Shown one piece after another: positions 13,001 through 23,756 of a stretch of 64,000 nucleotides of DNA. The stretch lies in the NCBI RefSeq assembly GCF_001949145.1, contig NW_019091359.1, positions 2,244,540 through 2,308,539 on the forward strand, written 5' to 3'. A program made the translations under genes and the position numbers. Within the stretch, counting starts at the first letter, position 1; every line of letters starts with the position of its first letter. A model generated the notes under the pieces. The model ran no database searches and was not told where the DNA came from. It was given only the letters and a program-made list of their open reading frames with translations. Source of the DNA: Acanthaster planci (taxonomy: Eukaryota).

Positions 13001-13829
13001 GCACGGCAACTAATACATAAAGTAGTTTTCCTCTTTTTGAATAAGTGATCATTTACAATTTCAATCCATGTTTAGATGATAAGTCTATATGTTGAATGAC
13101 GCTCTTTTCAAAACTTCAATATATACTCTCTGATTACGACTGACGAGACAGTGTAGCCTCAGCCATCGATAATTGGGTTTTGATTAGAATTTGGTTCATC
13201 CATTCATTCATTTCTGTGTACCCTTTCCACTTAATGACGCCGACGGTTTCAGTAGACGAATCACTGTCAAAATAAGGCTGTTCGATTAAAGCTATATTGC
13301 CGTCCTGTCTTGACAAGGCAAGTATTTCTTTGGGGATTCGCAAAGTGATGAAATTTTGTCTGTTTTGGCACATCAGTAGTAGGCCTTGTTGAAAACGTCC
13401 AAGGTTGACACAATCAAAATTAGAAGACTGGTCATGAAGTAGGAATGCATATGAAAATGAAAATAAATTGCACCATCCCTTGCCGCTTTTTGTTGAACAA
13501 AATGACAGCTCGCCTACAGCGGTATTGCGGGAAAGGCTAAACTTTTCAGAGCACTGCAAGCTGTTGAATACGACATTGCTTTTCGACAATTAAAATACTT
13601 GAACAAAGAGAAGCTGAGGAAGAAAGTCGCAATTTGAAATACGTGAATAAGGAAGCTATATGTTTTGAAATGCGTCTTTCAGCGTGGCATGCATAAATAT
13701 TTATTGATGTTAAGGTCCTGCAGCGTTTTACTTTTAATTTGTCAAAGTTACTGAGTGACTACTATCCTTTAGAAATGAAGAGGGTGTGTCATGCAGTATT
13801 AAAGACAGCATTTGTGATATTAAAATTGC

Positions 13830-14030
13830 AGAGTCTGGTTAACAAAGGTCTTTTCTGGAGTCTTGTTGTAATCCCCTATTCAATAGTCCGGGCCTTTAGG
13901 GACTTGATGCTCAAAGTTACCTAAACCCTGGACGAGACTGCTCTTTTATACCAGCGTGGTGCTGATCTTTTTCCCAATGACACGCCTCAAAGTCTCGATT
14001 TGTTTTCTTCTTGGTTGAAACTTTCCTCAG
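13830..14030 (-). pseudogene. Short GPCR relic (C-terminal and ICL3 fragment)
   Basis: Homologous to 21535-21750. Resembles the GPCR nucleotide motifs encoding RRFRQD and QVPQRP. Confidence 0.4.
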
Positions 14031-14393
14031 TTTTCTCTCAGAACAAATCACCATGCGACCTTGCTAAGCCCACTTGCATACCCAAGTTTTACTGTCATTT
14101 AGGTATGAAAGTTTGTCATTTTTTGTAGAAGTTAACATGATCATCGTTTTAAGATATTGTTTGTTCACTGTCATCATTCTGAGAATCAAACCAAGATGCA
14201 TAACTAATATAAGTTTTTTTTACTTCAGTCACATGTACATCCTGTTTGTAATTGTATTTCAGGCCCGCCTTATGGATAGTTCGATGTACTATACTAGTCA
14301 AGTAAAGACACGCGCAGATTAGTTTTAATAGTTCGATCTATATGCACTCTCTAAGATAATCCTAAGTCTTGAGAGATGTAGCACTCACGGTAT

Positions 14394-14569
14394 AATACGG
14401 GCAATTCGCAAGAGTGCGCCACCAAGAGTTTGCAACGCGTTGGCCAATCACAATGCGCGAAATCTGTCGACCCAATGCGCTTTCGGAAAGGGTCGACAAA
14501 TTTCGCGTGTTGTGATTGGTCAACGCGTCACAAACTCTAGAGGGCGCACTCTTGTGAATTACCCGTATT
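14394..14569. mobile_element. Palindromic (fold-back) MITE, about 176 bp
   Basis: Near-perfect hairpin AATACGGGCAATTCGCAAGAGTGCGCC...GGCGCACTCTTGTGAATTACCCGTATT. Second copy at 18970-19145. Confidence 0.75.
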
Positions 14570-14686
14570 CAACAAGACTTACTCCAGTTCACTAGCAGTT
14601 CATTGCAACCTTCTTTCATTGTCGTTGAATAAATTCATGGTAAAACATACTGCCATGTAACCATAACTATGTGACCTTCCGCCGAA

Positions 14687-15964
14687 TTAATCTGAACAAA
14701 GTTTGATCTTACAAAGTTTTTTTTTTAAATCTTGTCGGAATCGTCTATTTGCCAGTCCATAGATCAACGGATTGGTTGCATTGTTAAAATACAGAGCTAA
14801 ACTGAACACACTGAATGTCTCCAGAAGTGTGGTTTTGACTGATGCACCGGCATATTGTGCCAGAGTCAACTCGGCCAGGATAATGTATTAAGGTAGCCAG
14901 GTCAGGATGAACACCAGGCTAGTGATGAAGAGCATCCTGGTCGTTTTACGCTGTAGGACTGCTCCACCGGGCCTTTGGGGGACGTGTTGTATCCCAAAGC
15001 TCCGCCGTCGGCAAGGCTGTCTGTTTTCACAAGAAGCACGGTCATCCGTCTTCGATGTAAGTGCCTCTTGGTTGTTTCGGCTGAAACACTTCTCAGTGGC
15101 CAAATCGTAAATGACATTTGACAGTGAGTCTGCATGGTTGACTTTTGTCTGGTTGGAATGTGAAGTGCTTGGATGGTCGGAGGCAGAAGATACGTTTTTG
15201 TCGACACCTGGATGTATCGACAGGCTCGTCATGGGCTTGTCGACATTTGCAATACCAGATTTATCCGATTGTTGGGCTGTTTCTGGTAAATTTACGGACC
15301 ACTTGCTGACACCTTTCAATGAGTCCTCGGCTGGCATCGGTGGCCCATCAACGCCAACTCTGACGTGTCTCCGTATGGTCGTGTAAACTTTTCCGTAAGA
15401 CACTAGAATCGCCAGAGTCATTGGCACCAAAGCCACAGTCTCTAATGCTACCTTTGCCTTGAATAGGACGGGTGCCGACCAGTCCTTTATTCTTAAAAAC
15501 GATGGTATGGCGATCACAAACGACACCACTAATGCAACACACGCGGCGGTCTTACTCCTTCTGGGATTTAAGAAACGCCTTTGTGGGCGGCATATGCAGT
15601 CGTAACGATCCAGTGCAATGAGCATCGTGATAAAAAGTGAACAAGCGACGGTCACACTATCAGTTACTTCACTAAAACTTAGGACCAGACTGTTTTCACG
15701 CTTACTAGTAAAAGCTAAGGCCGTCTCCATTAACACGGGAAATTTCAATAAGCAGACGGTCAGATCTGCCCAAGCCAAGGCCATGATCAGGACATGGGTG
15801 CTAGTCTTAGGCGTCTTGGTCCAGTAGACACGGAGGATGAGGCAGTTACCAGGTACGCCAAAACGGATCAGGAACGAGCTCACAATTTCGACTGACAAGT
15901 CGTAGACGAACGAATCCTTCCATACACCGATGGACATTTCGGTAAAATTAGAGATATTATCCAT
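14687..15964 (-). pseudogene. GPCR copy B1 interrupted by one in-frame TAA just after TWLP in TM6
   Basis: ORFs 14888-15964 and 14687-14869 are in the same frame. Relative to the paralogs (CCT TAC ATT), a 3-bp insertion gives CCT TAA TAC ATT. TM1 also has V->E and L->R substitutions. Confidence 0.85.
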
Positions 15965-17947
15965 GGCTACACCCCAAAATAATAAAGATTGACGACTTTA
16001 TTTGTGCAGTGGGCAAAGTGCTTGCTGGTGATTTTGGCGCACAACAAAACTCGTACCGCTCCTTCCATGGACTGTACTGGGTTTGGACGCTCCAGAGTGA
16101 AGTGTTGATGTCACAGGAGCCCTAATGGAATTGGTTTCCACGGTAACTAAATGGAAAACCTTTGTGCGTGGTTTTTTACTTCGATCGAACACTATGTGAC
16201 GCTAAATCTTGCTGAAATAACTCTGACAAAAATCCACAAGTGGCAAACCTGACTAATGTTATGCTAGTGTTTAGATTTCACCAAGGGGCACTTCTGTAGT
16301 TAGCTAATGCAAAATGAAGATGAAATACTATGATTTTATGGATGTATGTGAAGCTAAAAGCATGGCACTAGCTATCAAGGTTAATTATTGACCCAAATGC
16401 CAATACAAGGAAGAAACGCCGGAAACATTCGAGCGCCCGCGCGCAGGTGATCTTTGTTTTCATTGCAGGAGTTGGAAATATTTGAATTTAGTTAAGGTCA
16501 GTATTGAAATTGAGCTTTTAGGTTTGCCACTGCAGAAATGAGCTCTATGAAAAAATCATGCTGTACAACCCGAGAACGTTTGATGCGTTTATAAACTAAA
16601 CACACTGAACATTTGAACACGCGGTGTGTTTAACATGAACGTGTTTAACATACAAAGTGTTTATCATCGGGACATTAAGCGCCTGTTCAGAGCAGCTTAA
16701 AACGTGAATCCCATTATGCTTTGCCAGTACTCTCAGTGCCGATAAAATTCGAATCTGATATTGTAAGTGGTTAATTTAAGCTGATATAACGCAGACACGA
16801 ATAGGCACATGCGCAGTATGTACACGCACGTGCATGCGCACTTCCGATCCCCCCCCGCACGTCTGCTGGCTGTTAGTAGTTGCAAATGTACAGAAATCAG
16901 AGAAATCGTTTCTTACACAGGTTTGTACGAAAGCCAAATCGTGCCAAGGAAGTCTCAATTTTCAGCCTAACGCTAATTCGTTTTAACGAATTACTCATCC
17001 AAAATAACGAATTACTAATCCAAAATAACGTATTACTAATTCAAAATTATACAAATACAGCTTGATTTATTTCGGGAAAACAGTGTTGTATGACTTGAGT
17101 CCAGGACTTGGACTCGAGTCACATTTTTCATGACTCGGACTCGACTCGAGTCACATTGGATAATGACTCGGACTCAGACTCGACCACGATGACTTGGACT
17201 TGAGCTTGGAGACTTGTGACTCGAGTCATGTGTTGTCTTAAGTTTAAACATATTTACCGCCTTTTTGGATACGCCGTCGAAAAATTAATTCATATGCACC
17301 TGTGCTATCACTGGTTTGTTTGCCTGGATCGTCGCGTTGCACATTTTCAACTTCGCGCATTTATGTTAGGCTTAAATAATCCACTGATGAGTCAACCGGA
17401 CACGTCATATTTCGTATCCACAAACTGTGTGGCAGTAATCAGACTACACGCTGGGCGACACTTGTTATTTACGGGTACAGTCCACTAATTCAAGTCGCAC
17501 TGAAAACAGTGTAAAATCAGCACTGTTCAGGGCCCAATCACATGCATACCAACATCCTTGAGATTTCAGATACACAAATGAAATTATTATCTAGTCCCTA
17601 ATCTTTCAATTTCTTTTCAATGTTTTTGTGGGTTTTTCAATTACAATTTTAATTATTCCCATAAAACAAATCACCCCCGAAAAGCGATGTTTTCGAAGTC
17701 CGATTGCAGCCATTTTTCAAGTGGCAACTCTCAACTTCATCGGGCACTTACGACCATTTCGCAACCGTAGTTTTTAGCCATTCTGCTCCCATATGAAAGC
17801 TCAAAGACCCAGGGAGTTGATCCTGGCAACGATTTACACAACCTCACCATTTTGGGGGCCAAACAATCTCCTTTTTCGAAAGATATTGTGGGGGGGTACT
17901 TTTAATGCTAATGAGCTGGCCAGAAATTTTGATGTATGATGATGTGT

Positions 17948-18296
17948 CAAGATGTATTTTGCGTTGGATAGATGTTAATTCATAATGGGTTTTGCCCTTA
18001 CCAACGTATGTGTTAATAAACACTGTATACTCAGTGTTTGTCCGAGAGCTTGCAAAAAAATTCACCAGCTTCCTCGGGTGGGACTCGAACCCACGACCTC
18101 CTGCCTACTAGTGCACACCTCTTAACCATTCGACCACCGAGCTTGCAGTGGGCGGCTGGCCGGTCCGAGTCAGGTGTAGCAGCAGGTACTGCGAACGATT
18201 TCAAGATGTATTTTGCGTTTGGGAGATGTTAATTTAGCACTGAGTTTACAGTGTTTATTAATACATACGTTGGGTAAGGGCAAAACCCGTTATAAA
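17948..18296 (-). mobile_element. tRNA-derived SINE-like element flanked by ~56-bp inverted repeats
   Basis: The minus strand of 18071-18142 reads GCTCGGTGGTCGAATGGTTAAG...GTGGGTTCGAGTCCCACCCGAGG, giving an A box, B box and T-arm, with imperfect acceptor and anticodon stems. Inverted repeats at 17982-18037 and 18238-18296. Diverged copy at about 35315-35500. Confidence 0.65.
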
Positions 18297-18969
18297 TTGG
18301 ATTAGTGGTCTGCACCTTTTACACGCGAGTACGGACGTACATATCAGCCTCATAGTCTCAAGAACTAGTCGCAAATATGAACACTTTTAACGAAATGGCC
18401 AGACTCGCATGTAAATAAAAAATGCCTGGCCTTCACTGAGCGTGTGAAGTTGCTGGGGCCTGGGCGAAGTGGTTGTGGTGTTGGTATGGTCGTTTTCAAG
18501 AAAGACTGGATTCGGCTCAGGACTTAGAATTTAAGTTTAAATGATGGATGATTTCCATAAGCAAAAAAGTACCCAAAACTTTTCCAGAGGACAACCTCAT
18601 TAACTGGTTTATCTAAAGTGTTACAACTGAGTTCGAATGCCCCATTTTCAAGACAATCGTGTTCAGTCATGCATGATAGGAGGGAGACCATCAAGGTATC
18701 ATTAGAAAGAATACTGCTTCTACTTTTCGGAGGTCCTTATACATTATAATCATATCTCATGCATTGTTTGGGCATATTAACCCCTTTCCTCAGGGTTTGT
18801 TTATTTTTTTGGCGGGGGGACACCCTGTATATTTACGCATCTAGGTTCCAAAGGGATTTTTTGGTCCTACCAGAAAAACTACCGCACGGCAGCGAGGTGG
18901 ATACTCTTTGGTTATGACGTCAGGTACCTGAGCTGCTGGTCGGGTATCATTAAACACAAATGCGTTTAT

Positions 18970-19145
18970 AATACGCGCGATTCACAATAGTGCGCCACCA
19001 AGAGTTTGCAACACGTTGGCCAATCATAAGGCGCAAAATTTGTCGACCCTTTCCTAACGCGCATGGGGTCGACAAATTTCGCGCATTGTGATTGGCCAAC
19101 GCGCTGCAAACTCTTGGTGGCGCGATATTTTGAAACGCCCGAATT
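18970..19145. mobile_element. Palindromic MITE, second copy of the 14394-14569 family
   Basis: Same arms (GTGCGCCACCAAGAGTTTGCA...TGCAAACTCTTGGTGGCGC), with the loop in the opposite orientation. Confidence 0.75.
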
Positions 19146-21133
19146 AGAAAGTGTTTAAAAAACCTAATATATGCTAAACACATAGCATAAACATACATTG
19201 CGGTTATTAAATGAACAGCGTGTTCAGCGTATAAACATTACAGATTTGCGTTTTATTTGCATTTAGAAGTTAAACACGTGGGTTTTACAGTGTGTAGTTT
19301 TTGGAAACGTTTATTTCAATCTGTTTTGTACGTTGAACTTAAGATTATTGCTGTGACGTTATCGGGGAAAATGTAATTACGTTTCTCTCCTTTTTTGACT
19401 TTCTGAAAACGAAGAACTTCTTAAACATTTGATAGAGTCATCAAAGTCCCACATGGCGCAACTGGTTGGGGGTAGCGTCAAGGGGGAGGTTGGGGGAATT
19501 CTGGTCCGATCCTACCCCCTTGCACAACCACGATAAGTCCTGGCTGTACACCGCTGGATAGACATAGCCGTAGCTCTGGCTAGCCTGTGCAGACACGGCC
19601 TCAGGGATGCAGAGGCCTACAACAAGTGATAATTTCTCCCGAGGTCATTAGCATAAAAAAATGAAACAGGAGATTGTGTGGCCGGAAAATGGTGGAATTG
19701 TGCAAATATAGGCCACGATAGACTCCCTGTTCTGAGAGCATCCATCCGAATGGCAGAGTTGGTAAAACACCACCACTGTCAGATAGAATGTTTGTGAGAC
19801 GTCAATTTGTTGGTTTTACACTGCGGGGCTTAAATTAGTGCACCTCCTTGGTCTAGCAGCAGTCTCGTTCCCATAGGTACGTAAGATCTTGCCCGCGCCA
19901 TGTTGGTTCTCACTATGCGCCAATGGCAATGTTTACGCACGGGCAAAGCGTTGGCTACATGATTCACGGCCTGGGGACAATCACTAAGTGTCACTGATCT
20001 CACGTCTTTTGGCGATATATTTCAAATCGTCATGAACGAATAAAGTGGAGTGAGAATATTTTGAGCAATGAGGAAGAAAAAGAAAAATATCGAATGGATA
20101 AGCACCGCTTGTGTAAAGCATTGAGCGAGCTCGCTCGCCTGGCAGAAATTTACGCATAATGCTCTGCGCGTCGTTAGCTGTATGTGACCCTCTGTGACGT
20201 ATTTCCTTCCCTAACATTTGTGCAAGGCCACCTTCCCAGTGCCCTGTTCGGGCGCTGGGTGACGAGCGAAGGGTCCGGCAGCGACTTCTGCAAAAATTTA
20301 GGGCATATGGTGGTGTTTCCGACGTGGAGACTAGCAACAAGGAATTCTCCTCTTTTTTGAATACGTGATTATTTACAATTTTTATCCATGTTTAGATGGT
20401 AAATCGATGTTGAATGGTGCTCTGTCTGGAATTTCGATATTGTATGCTGTGATTACGATTGACGGGACGGCGTAGCAGCAGCCATCGGTAATTGGTTTTT
20501 GATTACAGTTTAGTTTATCCATCGTTTCCTTTCTGTTGACTCTGTCCCTTAATCGCGGTTCCAGCGCACACATGACGGTCAAAATAAACGTGTTCGACTA
20601 ACGCTTTATCGCCGTCCTTGTCTTGGCACATGCAATCATTTCTTTGGCGATTCGCAATAATGTTCTGTCCAGTTTTTGATAGGATTGATCTTTCAGCCTT
20701 ATTTTAAATCTCCCAGGTTAGCACCATCAAAATGAGAAAACTGGTCTTGAAGGTTGAATGCGTAATGTATAAGCTAATTAGGAAAAAATTTGCAGTCCCT
20801 GCCGCTTTGTCGTTGAACAATATCACAGCTAGCTACGGCGGTTTTGCGAGAAAGGCTACTTTCAAGCCACTGCATGCTGTTGAATACAACATTGATGTTT
20901 TACGAATAAGGTACTTTAGCAACAGAAAGTAAATTTGACAAAGAAACTGTTAATTTGAAATACTTTAATAATGACGCTGCGGTTTTTGAAACGTGTGTTC
21001 TAATCTCAAGTCTATTAAACACTTTTGATGCATAAATATTTATTATTTTTAAATAAATATTGTACTTTTAATTTGTAAAGTAAAAGTGGCTACTGTCACT
21101 TCGCAATAAAAAGGATTTGTCAAACATTATTAA

Positions 21134-21511
21134 CCCTAAAAGAGCAGGGGCGGAATGCGCCCCCAACAGTTTTGAACGACCCTTTGCCGTCATTTTGACA
21201 CCAATATTGTGAAAATCGGACATAGGCCTACCGTTCTTGCACAGCGCGCATTTTTTCCCGGACGGGTCAGTCAGAAACGTATACTTTTCCAATGCACGCG
21301 GGCTGGAACACATGTAGCCTTGAACTTCAAAATGACTATAAAGGCAAAACCGTACGTCTCATTGAGTTCCAATTTCATTTTTAAAATGATAAGGAGTGGC
21401 TTTACGTGCATGCCAAGTTTTTTTTTAAGCAAACAAGGCACAGTCGACTGTTTAGAAGTGGAATCTTCCCCTGGCTGTGAGACGGGCCAAAATAACTCGG
21501 CTCTTTTAGGG
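21134..21511. mobile_element. piggyBac-like MITE
   Basis: TTAA|CCCTAAAAGAGC...GCTCTTTTAGGG|TTAA. The empty site TATTAAAGACAG is present in the paralogous block at about 13797-13808. Confidence 0.8.
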
Positions 21512-21534
21512 TTAAAGACAAAGTTAAAATAAAA

Positions 21535-22330
21535 CAGAGTCCTGTTTAACCGAAGGTCTTTCCAGGAGTCGTGTCGGAATCCTCTACATGTATTTGACAG
21601 TCTGGGCTTTCATGGGACTTGGTGTTCAACGTTACCTGGCCCTTGTCGAGACCGCTCTTTTGTACTGGCGTGGTGCTGATCTTTTTCAAATGACACGCCT
21701 GAAAGTCTTGACCTGTTTTCGGCTTGGTTTATATTTTCATCAGTTTCCTTTTAGATTAGCTTCCCAGTGACATTTCTTCAAGGATCGCCCCGGCTGTCGA
21801 TTTTGAAACTTTCTTTGTTCTGTTGGTTTGGAATATAACCGACTGGTCGGTAGAAATCACTGTATTGTCCACTATATGGGTGTCCACATGAGTTTGTCGA
21901 CACTGGATTTATCAAAGTTCCAGATGGCTTCGTAAATTTTGCCGTAGAACACGACGATCGCCAGGAACACAGTCAGGAAAGAAACGATTTGGAATGCTCC
22001 AAGCTTTGTTTAAACCTGAACAGCATTTGACAGATTCCTGGTTTCTAATAAGAACGGGATGTCGATTACAAACAAAACGTGTAATGCGGCACGAGACCGT
22101 TGCTCTGGGGTAAAAAGCCTTTATGGGAAGCATATGCAGTCGTTGCGATCAGCTGCAATTATAGTATCGTATAAATCAAAACTGGAAAAAGCGGCAATTG
22201 CATCCTTCACGATCGATATGAAGCGAAAGACAACATCTTTCTCAGTGGTTTTACTGGCCAGAAGAAGGCCTTTTCCGATATTAAATAGAACAATCCTCAA
22301 CCAGCGGACCGTCATATCGGTCTGACCATA
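21535..22330 (-). pseudogene. Heavily decayed GPCR paralog
   Basis: The ORF remnant KDVVFRFISIVKDAIAAFS...IIAADRNDCICFP aligns to TM3/DRYDCICRP. TM4/TM5 and C-terminal nucleotide motifs are recognisable, with stops, frameshifts and deletions. Confidence 0.75.
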
Positions 22331-23756
22331 ACAAATTTAACGAGGGAACGAATGAAACCTGTGACACACCTTTTTCAAGTTGGGTGAAATGGTTCAGATG
22401 AGAGTGTAGGCCAACTGACATTGCTTAGAAGTGATTAAGCATACCTTAACTCCATACGACAGACTGTATTACGGGGTATCATTCTAGCCACATTAAAGTC
22501 CAGGTCTATATGCTCCTAAAACGTTAATGGGTGGGTTGGTATTCATGTTAACTGAGATGAAAATTGCTTGCGCGTGTTTTTTCCCTCCGTCAATTATGTT
22601 TAGCCCACGTGTATAATAGGCCTATGTCTTATTCGCGGGGAAACCGCTTTTGATGGTGTTCCCAACATTTACCTTATTCACTGCAAGGCGGTGCCAGACT
22701 ATTTTGGGTTCCATGTCTCATTTTTACTTTTTTAATGTTTCTAAACGTTTGCTTATAATATATCACAAATTCTTAATTATTGAACAGCACAAAAATGACA
22801 CAAATTTATGTTAAACGTTTTTAATGCTTTCATTTTTACTTTCAAGTTCCCAGAAGAAAACGATTTCAGTTCAATGAAAGGCACGATGCCATCTGCACCC
22901 AAATCATGTACTAGCAGTGACTCGAGTAGACACGAGTTACCTGTTTGCTAGAGACGAACTCGAATGGGATCCGCATTGACTCGAGTCATCGCAACTGTGA
23001 TTTAATTTCTTGTGGCAGTCTAATTCATTAACTGTAAGAAAGGATTTGAATTAATTGACTGGGCAGCAAAACAAATTTATCATCATTATAGGGGCTTGGA
23101 ATTTCTTGGAAATGGAGGGCCCTCCATTGTGAATTCCCACTGTATGCGCTTTTACACTCACCTGTAGAATCCCCTAACTTTCCGTGTTGTTATGAAAGGA
23201 TTTGAAATTATAAAAGATTCCAAAACACGGAACAGTGCCTTCCTCGATAGGAACAACTTCCTGTATTGTGTGGTAAAACATGGACAGGTTTAGATTTTTA
23301 GGAAGGTTCATCTTTTGATACACATAACACAAACGGATGTCAAGTACACGTATTACTCTTATGAGGGTCAATCTGCTCCGGGAATGTGACGACTGCACGA
23401 TTCAAAGAAGTATAACGAAACGAAATATACTATCACACAAACCAAACATAATTTAATTCAACAAAACTTGTTCCACACACCACGACGAGACGTGCCTCCA
23501 GGACATGCTGACGACCACTGCCCGACGCGGACACGCACATTTGCCTGTCAGCCGAGAACCTTAATCTATGCTAAACCACATTCCTCACTGGCATAGGCTA
23601 AATAGTTTACATAACATTACTAAACATTGCGGAAGAGAATGTACGAAGTACAAGAAGTACGTTTAAGATAAATTCACTACCTAGACCTTTAACAACACTG
23701 ATTTACAACCCACCCCCTTAAAAGGAGCTTACACTTCCGAGTAACTTTCCATGGAA

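Larger units (their letters stand above)
16559..19292. mobile_element. About 2.7-kb composite non-autonomous DNA transposon with nested repeats
   Basis: Absent from the paralogous upstream region of copy A1, where CTATGAAAAAAAATCAGTTTTTGG is contiguous at about 10583-10607. Imperfect TIRs CTGTACAACCC and GGGTTTTACAG(TG). Contains a 21-bp x3 repeat (16985-17047), a GACTCGAGTC array starting CAGTGTTG (17081-17230), a tRNA-like element and a hairpin MITE. Confidence 0.6.

Noticed and set aside
13134..13589. 151-aa ORF
   Set aside because: No ATG start or recognisable domain. It lies in a non-coding repeat also found at about 3375-3545 and 20450-20900, where the frame is not conserved.
17378..17410. 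CTGATGAGTC-AACCG-GAC hammerhead-like core
   Set aside because: It lacks the required GAAA and a stem I/III pairing.
18071..18142. Functional tRNA gene (AGT in the anticodon-loop position)
   Set aside because: The acceptor and anticodon stems do not pair properly, it is embedded in a repeat, and a decayed relative exists at about 35.4 kb. Treated as SINE-like.
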